Shown: piece after piece, positions 1 through 4,930 of the stretch
Position numbering within the stretch: the first letter of the stretch is position 1
Layout: the number at the start of each line of letters is the position of its first letter
From: a virus
Lineage: Duplodnaviria; Heunggongvirae; Uroviricota; Caudoviricetes
Strand: one strand, 5' to 3'
Virus record (IMG/VR): IMGVR_UViG_2778261276_000004
DNA length: 5,063 nucleotides
The notes under the pieces: generated by a model
Seen by the model: the letters and a program-made list of their open reading frames with translations, nothing else
Database searches by the model: none
Told to the model about the DNA's origin: nothing
Position numbers and translations under genes: made by a program

Positions 1-74
1 GCATCCGCAATGTCTCCGGAAGTACACCCCGGATGGGCTTCAATGAATTTCTGAACTTCATTCAAAAGACTCAT
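1..74 (-). CDS. hypothetical protein, N-terminal fragment only (gene continues past the window start)
   Basis: Minus-strand ATG at 74..72 lies 2 nt after the TGA stop (79..77) of the replication gene (minus-strand reading TGATCATG). The frame stays open to position 1 and translates MSLLNEVQKFIEAHPGCTSGDIADA. Not in the ORF track because it is truncated. Function unknown; its position after the initiator would suit a helicase-loader-type partner, but that is inference. Confidence 0.4.
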   Translation of the reverse strand, partial: MSLLNEVQKFIEAHPGCTSGDIAD

Positions 75-76
75 GA

Positions 77-1018
77 TCACCCCCTGAATCCTGCCGGGAT
101 CTGGCTGTAGTCCACATTGTCGTAACTGGCTTTGAAGTACGGGTCCTCGCGTTTTTCTGTGTGCGTGCTGACGGACGGCGATAAGCGCAGGGAAAGCTCA
201 TCCCATTTTTCCCGCAACTTCGACGGGCTGAGCACGTTACGGCACCAGAACGGATCGCGGCTGACGCGGCTGTACATCTCGCAGATTTGTTTGTGAGTAC
301 GACCATCCTGCACACACATCAGGCGAATTTCGTTTGCCCAGGCTGTCCAGTTAGGTTCTTTGGGACGAACCACCTCGCCGTCACATTCGGCGGCCTGCTC
401 GTACAGGGCGATGATTTTTTTCCAGAGCCACTGTGCGCAGGTCAAATCATCCTGCGTCCCCCACTGGCGCTTTTTAGGGCTGAATACAACCGCATCAGGA
501 TGGCGAGTTAAAAAATCCTGTTCATCCGTCTGCGTGTCCGGTTGCGAAGCGTCCGGACGAGAAGGTTTTTTATCTGACGGATCATGTTTTGATTTTACTG
601 ACGGATCCCCGCCAGATTCTGACGGGTGAAAACCCGCTTTTTTGCCAGATTTCGACGCATCAAATTTTGACGGGTCAGATTTTGATGCGTCAGATTTTGA
701 CGGGTCAGAATCTGACAGTTGAGAAAATGCCGCTGCCTGAAGCTTCGCAACGTTAAGCTGATAAACATTCGACGCATTGCGGTTACCCTGGCGACGCGCC
801 TTACGCGTTAACCAGCCTTCTGCTTCCAGCCGTGCGATAGCTGTCCTGACGGTACTCATCCCCGCGCCAATCTGGCGGGCAATGGTTTCAATTGATGGCC
901 AGCACACACCTTCGTCATTACTGAAATCAGCCAGGCGTGCCATAATTGCCACGCTGGATAATTTCATGCCTGACGCAGCGCAACCATCCCATACATAGCC
1001 GGTTAATTTAGTGCTCAT
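77..1018 (-). CDS. phage replication initiation protein, lambda O-like
   Basis: 313-aa ORF. The N-terminal ~95 aa (VAIMARLADFSNDEGVCWPSIETIARQIGAGMSTVRTAIARLEAEGWL) look like a winged-helix DNA-binding domain typical of phage/plasmid initiators. This is followed by a low-complexity Ser/Asp/Lys linker encoded by tandem DNA repeats and a C-terminal domain. GAGG sits 6 nt upstream of the ATG at 1018. It occupies the position after cro and cII in the early-right operon. Confidence 0.8.
   Translation of the reverse strand: MSTKLTGYVWDGCAASGMKLSSVAIMARLADFSNDEGVCWPSIETIARQIGAGMSTVRTAIARLEAEGWLTRKARRQGNRNASNVYQLNVAKLQAAAFSQLSDSDPSKSDASKSDPSKFDASKSGKKAGFHPSESGGDPSVKSKHDPSDKKPSRPDASQPDTQTDEQDFLTRHPDAVVFSPKKRQWGTQDDLTCAQWLWKKIIALYEQAAECDGEVVRPKEPNWTAWANEIRLMCVQDGRTHKQICEMYSRVSRDPFWCRNVLSPSKLREKWDELSLRLSPSVSTHTEKREDPYFKASYDNVDYSQIPAGFRG
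613..720. repeat. iteron-like tandem repeats inside the replication gene (candidate origin of replication)
   Basis: Five contiguous 15-bp units at 646-720 (cagatttcgacgcat / caaattttgacgggt / cagattttgatgcgt / cagattttgacgggt / cagaatctgacagtt), a further copy at 613-627 (cagattctgacgggt) and degenerate T(C/T)TGACGG cores at 573-580 and 597-604. An AT-rich stretch lies on the low-coordinate side (about 561-600). Lambda ori likewise lies inside gene O. Confidence 0.6.
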
Positions 1019-1027
1019 GACCGACCT

Positions 1028-1366
1028 CTATTTCCCTGAATTTACGACGAAACTGTTCGAGCGGGCTGAAGCACTCATGCTCATAGCCTTCACGGAGGTA
1101 GATAACCCGTTGTGTTTCCGGCTCCCAACGAATGACTCTGACGGGCACTCCGTAGTGATCTTTGAACCAGCGGTTAACTTGTCGCAAAGGACTGTCTCCT
1201 TCTGCCGGTTGAAATCACCCACAGCCCACTCAGCAAAGCTGTGGGTTACAATTTCCCTGTCACCTGGTACATTAACTGCATAGCAATACTCCACCTTCGC
1301 TTTTCCACCCGGTACAGGAAGTGCAATCAGTTGCGAGCGACGGTAGTGTGTTGTTAAACTGTTCAT
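1028..1366 (-). CDS. hypothetical protein; the 3' portion appears frame-disrupted or overlapped by a second small ORF
   Basis: ATG at 1366..1364 overlaps the TGA stop of the upstream CII-like gene (ATGA overlap). The N-terminal ~57 aa read as protein, but the C-terminal ~55 aa in this frame are Ser-rich and low-complexity. The frame shifted by one base is open from about 1208 to a TAA at 1010..1008 and reads as a balanced protein sequence (…[58 protein letters not shown]). Confidence 0.5.
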   Translation of the reverse strand: MNSLTTHYRRSQLIALPVPGGKAKVEYCYAVNVPGDREIVTHSFAEWAVGDFNRQKETVLCDKLTAGSKITTECPSESFVGSRKHNGLSTSVKAMSMSASARSNSFVVNSGK

Positions 1367-1932
1367 GCGTTAGTTTCTCCACAACCAGAAGCAATCGACG
1401 CCACGACGCCCGGAGCTGCACACTCGCGGGCGTCATTACTTTCTGAAATGCAAAAAATTTTGTAGACAAGTGCTGCATGCTCCTGCAGCTTCGAAATTGA
1501 GAGATACAGCTCGTCGTTAATTGCTGTCTTCTCATGCGGTTCCACTACACCGTCTTCGATTGCTGAACGAATCTGTTTTGAATAACTGCCGATCTGTTCA
1601 ATGACTTCCAGCAGACGCTGGTTAATATCGGCGTTGTCCACATCCTCGACGTTAGGAAGAGACACAAAGACGCCATTTGCAGACTGCGCCACAGCATCAG
1701 CAATGAAGTGAGTTCCACCAGCACGTTGCAAAATCATTGCCCATCCCAGCGGGAAAATCTGATCGCCATCAGCACGAAGGCGGTTAAATAATGCGTTCTC
1801 TGTTACATCCAGCCAGTCAGCTGCTTCAGCGTAACCACCCGGCAACTTTGCGATAGTTTTTCTGACAGCTTTCACGTACCACTCAGGCTGTTTTTCTACT
1901 TTCCAGTGATGCTTACCCACGGTTAGCCTCAT
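1363..1932 (-). CDS. CII-like transcriptional regulator (phage CP76 / YdaT-like family), tentative
   Basis: Gene immediately downstream of cro on the same strand. The ORF-track start at 2034 is a GTG that overlaps cro, so the true start is probably the ATG at 1932 or the GTG at 1920 (GAGG 6 nt upstream). Size and position fit the CII-type regulators of the 186/YdaT family; family assignment is from memory of the overall pattern, not a search. Confidence 0.55.
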   Translation of the reverse strand: MRLTVGKHHWKVEKQPEWYVKAVRKTIAKLPGGYAEAADWLDVTENALFNRLRADGDQIFPLGWAMILQRAGGTHFIADAVAQSANGVFVSLPNVEDVDNADINQRLLEVIEQIGSYSKQIRSAIEDGVVEPHEKTAINDELYLSISKLQEHAALVYKIFCISESNDARECAAPGVVASIASGCGETNA

Positions 1933-1957
1933 CGTTCTGTGGTTTCTGTTAATCGAT

Positions 1958-2158
1958 TTATCCATTAGATTTTTCATAAAGCTCAGGTTTAAATGGCAAC
2001 CGTCCGCAAGTTCTATATGCAGCTTCTGCTGCACGTCCTTTTGGAATTAACTGGCCCGGACGGTTTCGCCACTGATAAACGGCTTCAGTTGTTATGCCGA
2101 AAAAAGCAGCAACTTTCTCAATACTGCCGAAGTAGCTTTCGATATCGTCAGTTGTCAT
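1958..2158 (-). CDS. cro: Cro-like HTH repressor (YdaS-like small DNA-binding protein)
   Basis: 66-aa ORF transcribed divergently from the repressor gene. GGAGG lies 4 nt upstream of the ATG at 2158. The motif VAAFFGITTEAVYQWRNRPGQLIPKGRAAEAAYRTCGRL resembles Cro/YdaS-type helix-turn-helix proteins. Confidence 0.8.
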   Translation of the reverse strand: MTTDDIESYFGSIEKVAAFFGITTEAVYQWRNRPGQLIPKGRAAEAAYRTCGRLPFKPELYEKSNG

Positions 2159-2255
2159 ACGCCCTCCAAACTAAGTTTTATTAGATGCTAATTACAAATC
2201 TATCTTTGGTCAATAAAAACTAAGATTACTTAGCAATTCAAGAAATGGTGCTCCT
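2159..2255. promoter_or_regulatory. OR-like operator/promoter region between cro and cI
   Basis: 97-bp intergenic region. Minus-strand promoter candidate for cro: -35 TTGACC (plus-strand ggtcaa, 2208-2213), 17-bp spacer, -10 TAGCAT (plus-strand atgcta, 2185-2190). Palindromic operator-like sites: ctaagttttattag (2171-2184), ttagatgctaa (2181-2191, overlapping the -10) and ctaagattacttag (2220-2233). AACTAAG occurs at 2169-2175 and 2218-2224. The cI promoter is not confidently placed. Confidence 0.6.
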
Positions 2256-2882
2256 ATGGAAACGGTTGGTCAGCGTATAAAAGCTCTGAGAAGAGTTACC
2301 AGAACGTCCCAGAAAGAATTGGGTAAATTTTGTGGAGTAAGCGACGTTGCTGTGGGGTACTGGGAGAAAGACATCAATACCCCTGGTGGGGAGGCACTTT
2401 CGAAATTAGCGAAGTTCTTCAATACGTCAATAGATTACATTCTTTATGGTGCTGAGTTTGAAGGCAAACTCGTCACAAACATGCGCAGAGTTCCTGTAAT
2501 ATCGTGGGTTCAGGCTGGGCAGTTTACTGAGTGCAGGGCAGCAGAAGTGTTTAGTGAAGTGGACAAGTGGGTAGATACATCATTAAAGATTGGTGATAAC
2601 TCATTTGCATTAGAGGTTAAAGGTGACTCCATGACTAACCCTAATGGCCTCCCAACAATACCAGAAGGCGCAACAGTGATTGTAGATCCAGATGCAGAAC
2701 CTCGTCATGGAAAAATAGTAATCGCTCGACTTGATGGAACAAACGAAGCTACAGTAAAAAAATTAGTCATCGATGGCCCTCAAAAGTTTTTAGTGCCATT
2801 AAATCCTCGGTATCCCAACATCCCTATCAATGGTAATTGCCTTATCATTGGTGTAGTCAAAGGAGTTCAATACGAACTCTAA
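2256..2882 (+). CDS. cI: CI-like prophage repressor (XRE-type HTH plus LexA-like S24 autopeptidase domain)
   Basis: 208-aa ORF. N-terminal HTH (QRIKALRRVTRTSQKELGKFCGVSDVAVGYWE). C-terminal domain has the catalytic Ser in GDSM and a Lys in ATVKKL, with a candidate Ala-Gly cleavage site in SWVQAGQF. Divergent from cro. Confidence 0.9.
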   Translation: METVGQRIKALRRVTRTSQKELGKFCGVSDVAVGYWEKDINTPGGEALSKLAKFFNTSIDYILYGAEFEGKLVTNMRRVPVISWVQAGQFTECRAAEVFSEVDKWVDTSLKIGDNSFALEVKGDSMTNPNGLPTIPEGATVIVDPDAEPRHGKIVIARLDGTNEATVKKLVIDGPQKFLVPLNPRYPNIPINGNCLIIGVVKGVQYEL

Positions 2883-3067
2883 GACCTCTCTTCTCTAACT
2901 AAGGCACCGAACTAAGAAAAGTTTGGTGTTTTCTCTTGCCATAATAACTAAGTTAAGTTAGATTTTATATCAAAGATAACGAACAGGCAGGACGCCCACG
3001 AAGTAGCCGCCTGGGGCATATGAAGTCCAGGATGATTCGTTGAGTCATGTTGTGCCACTAGGCACTC
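2883..3067 (+). promoter_or_regulatory. OL/PL-like operator-promoter region downstream of cI
   Basis: AACTAAG recurs at 2897-2903, 2910-2916 and 2946-2952. The 14-mer ctaagttaagttag (2948-2961) matches the OR site ctaagttttattag at 11 of 14 positions. Plus-strand promoter candidate: -35 TTGCCA (2936-2941), 17-bp spacer, -10 TAGATT (2959-2964), with the operator overlapping spacer and -10. Hairpins at 3015-3036 (CCTGG...CCAGG) and 3052-3065 (GTGCC-acta-GGCAC) lie in the leader. Confidence 0.45.
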
Positions 3068-3088
3068 ATGTTAAAGCAGGTGTATGAA

Positions 3089-3364
3089 ATGAAAGTCCAG
3101 ATTTTAAACAATAACTGTGAAGTCGTTTGGTCATACGACATAGCCGCCCCTGTAGATCAGAGCGGCGATAGCTGGACCAATGGGAAACATCAGATTATGG
3201 CTGGAGTTGTGTTCTCTTTACGCCGTGCTTTGGAACAGGCTGAAGTATTTCCATCAGACCCTGAATGGAAATGGCCTTTTTCTATTTGTCCAAATTCGGA
3301 GAGCACATTTCAGAAAATTGGTCAGAAAGTCGCACTCGAAGAGCATCAGCCAACTGTTTCCTGA
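3089..3364 (+). CDS. hypothetical small protein, first ORF of the early-left transcript
   Basis: ORF track gives 3068..3364. The ATG at 3089 is preferred because AGGTG (3078-3082) lies 6 nt upstream. No arginine-rich motif, so it does not look like an N-type antiterminator. The 3' end overlaps the convergent ORF at 3282..3527 by 83 nt, so one of the two may not be real. Confidence 0.4.
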   Translation: MKVQILNNNCEVVWSYDIAAPVDQSGDSWTNGKHQIMAGVVFSLRRALEQAEVFPSDPEWKWPFSICPNSESTFQKIGQKVALEEHQPTVS

Positions 3365-3527
3365 TTTTTTCAGGTAACTCGTCGGCATCGCAGAAACAAC
3401 AACGCTCGATCATGTTGAAAGCCGATTCGTAGAACTGTTTCTGCTGAGTGTCGCTGAGACAGGAAAAGAGCGACGTTACGATGATTTTATTAATTGCATT
3501 ATCAAGTTCTTTTTCATCAAAAGTCAT
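3282..3527 (-). CDS. hypothetical small protein (81 aa), convergent to the early-left transcript
   Basis: Strong RBS on the minus strand (AAGGAAAA, about 5 nt before the ATG at 3527). Translation is protein-like (MTFDEKELDNAINKIIVTSLFSCLSDTQQKQFYESAFNMIERCCFCDADELPEKIRKQLADALRVRLSDQFSEMCSPNLDK). AT-rich codon usage suggests an acquired accessory gene. Confidence 0.5.
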   Translation of the reverse strand: MTFDEKELDNAINKIIVTSLFSCLSDTQQKQFYESAFNMIERCCFCDADELPEKIRKQLADALRVRLSDQFSEMCSPNLDK

Positions 3528-3699
3528 TTGATTTTCCTTTTATGTATACGGGCTTAAAAGGATACCACCGAGCCTGAAGTGGTGAAAAGACAGGCACATA
3601 ACAGCTAAGTATTTTCAACCAAAGAGAATCCTTAGCGTTGTGGTGAATGCGGCTCAGCGCACGCGGGTTAAGGTTGAGGCTGACAGTCGACCTTCTGTG

Positions 3700-3827
3700 G
3701 ATACCCACCCGCCTGGTGTGCAACCTTCGCCAGGCACCGGGAGGCACCCGGCACCACAACTTTATGCTGTGTGTAGTCTTGGCGGTACCAGTTTGTACCC
3801 TTGCTTCCGGCTGGTATCGCCCTTTTT
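3700..3827 (+). ncRNA. candidate small RNA ending at an intrinsic terminator (possibly DicF-like); 5' boundary undefined
   Basis: GC-rich, hairpin-rich segment with no protein-like ORF on either strand. GGCGGTACCAGTTTGTACCC (3781-3800) resembles, from memory, the GGCGGTATCAGTTTTACTCC segment of E. coli DicF. Its location in the early-left operon of a lambdoid prophage matches where dicF sits in the Qin prophage. Confidence 0.3.
3781..3827 (+). terminator. Rho-independent terminator (plus strand)
   Basis: Stem GGCGGTACCAG (3781-3791) pairs with CTGGTATCGCC (3811-3821), 11 bp including one G-U pair, with a 19-nt loop. It is followed by C then TTTTT (3823-3827). Confidence 0.55.
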
Positions 3828-4040
3828 ACAAAACAGAGAAGAGCATCACCGGACGACGGGCTTATAACCCAATCCATCCGGGCGGCTGCTACCGCAGGTG
3901 TTCTTCTCTGTTTTGTGGAGAAACTAACTGCCCCTGCGGGGGCATTTATGGAAATGTAATTGACTCAATAATCGCCGGACGGTGAGGGCTTCCTTTTACC
4001 CGAATTCAGCGCGGTGCAGCGCATATACGTGGAGAACAAA

Positions 4041-4577
4041 ATGTCATTTATTAAAACTTTTTCCGGGAAGCATTTTTATTATGACAGGATAAATAAAGAC
4101 GACATCGTTATTAACGATATCGCGGTTTCCCTTTCAAATATCTGTCGCTTTGCAGGACATCTTTCACACTTCTACAGTGTCGCCCAACATGCGGTGCTTT
4201 GCAGCCAGCTGGTGCCACAGGAATTTGCTTTTGAAGCTTTAATGCATGATGCAACAGAAGCATATTGCCAGGACATCCCCGCACCACTGAAACGACTTCT
4301 TCCTGACTATAAACGGATGGAAGAAAAAATAGACGCCGTAATCCGTGAGAAATACGGGTTACCTCCTGTTATGAGCACGCCAGTGAAATATGCCGATCTC
4401 ATTATGCTGGCAACCGAACGCCGCGATCTCGGGCTTGATGATGGCTCTTTCTGGCCTGTACTGGAAGGTATCCCGGCAACAGAGATGTTCAAAGTGATTC
4501 CACAGGCACCGGGCCATGCCTACGGGATGTTTATGGAACGTTTTAACGAGTTATCGGAGTTACGCAAATGCGCATGA
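4041..4577 (+). CDS. yfdR: HD-domain phosphohydrolase, YfdR-like 5'-deoxynucleotidase
   Basis: HD motif visible (FYSVAQHAVLCSQL ... EALMHDATEAYCQDIP). The ORF track begins at a GTG at 4014; the ATG at 4041 with GGAG 6 nt upstream gives 178 aa. Gene name is from memory of the K-12 CPS-53 prophage HD-domain protein, not from a search. Confidence 0.8.
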   Translation: MSFIKTFSGKHFYYDRINKDDIVINDIAVSLSNICRFAGHLSHFYSVAQHAVLCSQLVPQEFAFEALMHDATEAYCQDIPAPLKRLLPDYKRMEEKIDAVIREKYGLPPVMSTPVKYADLIMLATERRDLGLDDGSFWPVLEGIPATEMFKVIPQAPGHAYGMFMERFNELSELRKCA

Positions 4578-4930
4578 ATGTTTTCGAAATGGAAGGGTTT
4601 CTTCGTGGGAGATGTGTACCGCGAGATCTGAAAGTGAATGAAACAGATGCTGAATACCTGGTGCGTAAATTCGATGCGCTTGAAGCTAAATGTGCAGCAC
4701 AGGAAAACAAAGTAATACCAGTGTCAACTGAACTGCCACCAGCAAATGAAAGTGTTTTGTTATTCGATGCTAACGGAGAAGGCTGGCTAATTGGCTGGCG
4801 TTCTCTCTGGTACACCTGGGGACAAAAAGAAACCGGAGAATGGCAGTGGACATTTCAGGTCGGGGACCTTGAAAACGTCAATATCACTCACTGGGCAGTA
4901 ATGCCAAAAGCACCGGAGGCTGGAGCATAA
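4568..4930 (+). CDS. yfdS: hypothetical protein (120 aa), YfdS-like by position and length
   Basis: ATG at 4568 with GGAG 8 nt upstream; overlaps the stop of the HD-domain gene by 10 nt. Translation is protein-like. The name rests only on recalled synteny and size in K-12 CPS-53. Confidence 0.65.
   Translation: MRMNVFEMEGFLRGRCVPRDLKVNETDAEYLVRKFDALEAKCAAQENKVIPVSTELPPANESVLLFDANGEGWLIGWRSLWYTWGQKETGEWQWTFQVGDLENVNITHWAVMPKAPEAGA

Noticed and set aside
613-720. The tandem 15-bp repeats as a CRISPR array or minisatellite
   Set aside because: Units are contiguous with no spacers, only 15 bp long, in frame within a coding sequence, and there are no cas genes. An iteron/origin explanation fits much better.
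58-998. Track ORFs 58..315(-), 287..511(+), 360..629(+), 595..777(-) and 777..998(+)
   Set aside because: All lie inside or antisense to the 313-aa replication gene in other frames. Their translations are Arg/Cys/Ser-rich and not protein-like, and the replication gene frame is clearly the real one.
1011-1283. Plus-strand 90-aa ORF antisense to the small early-right gene
   Set aside because: The early-right genes are all on the minus strand with coupled starts and stops; this ORF has no RBS and is most likely a shadow ORF.
1272-1535. Minus-strand 87-aa ORF overlapping the CII-like gene in another frame
   Set aside because: Entirely nested within the better-supported 1363..1932 frame; Cys/Ser/Arg-rich translation.
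1933-2034. N-terminal extension of the 223-aa ORF (GTG start at 2034)
   Set aside because: The extension overlaps the cro coding sequence by 77 nt. A start at 1932 (ATG) or 1920 (GTG with GAGG RBS) downstream of the cro stop is far more plausible.
1993-2184. Plus-strand 63-aa ORF across the cro gene
   Set aside because: Antisense to the well-supported cro gene and running into the operator region; no RBS.
3180-3377. Plus-strand 65-aa ORF
   Set aside because: Alternative frame inside the 3089..3364 and 3282..3527 overlap; basic low-complexity translation, no RBS.
3461-3480. boxA-like CGCTCTTT on the minus strand
   Set aside because: It lies inside the 81-aa coding sequence on the strand opposite to early-left transcription with no adjacent boxB hairpin; most likely chance.
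3517-3985. Track ORFs 3517..3759(-), 3640..3867(+), 3647..3985(+) and 3668..3877(-)
   Set aside because: All four translate to Arg/Pro/Cys/Gly-rich sequence typical of random frames in GC-rich DNA and none has an RBS. The region is treated as non-coding structured RNA or a decayed remnant.
3540-4013. tRNA, tmRNA, retron msr-msd, REP/ERIC element or group I/II intron in the GC-rich segment
   Set aside because: No T-arm-like GTTCRANYC motif or cloverleaf, no adjacent reverse-transcriptase ORF, no match to remembered REP/ERIC consensus and no intron domain-V-like motif could be seen by eye. These cannot be fully excluded without covariance-model searches.
4014-4040. GTG-initiated 9-codon extension of the HD-domain ORF
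   Set aside because: The ATG at 4041 has a properly spaced GGAG RBS and gives a 178-aa product; the upstream GTG has none.
4307-4815. Minus-strand ORFs 4307..4492 and 4543..4815
   Set aside because: Antisense shadows of the HD-domain gene and the following 120-aa gene; Ser/Arg-rich translations.
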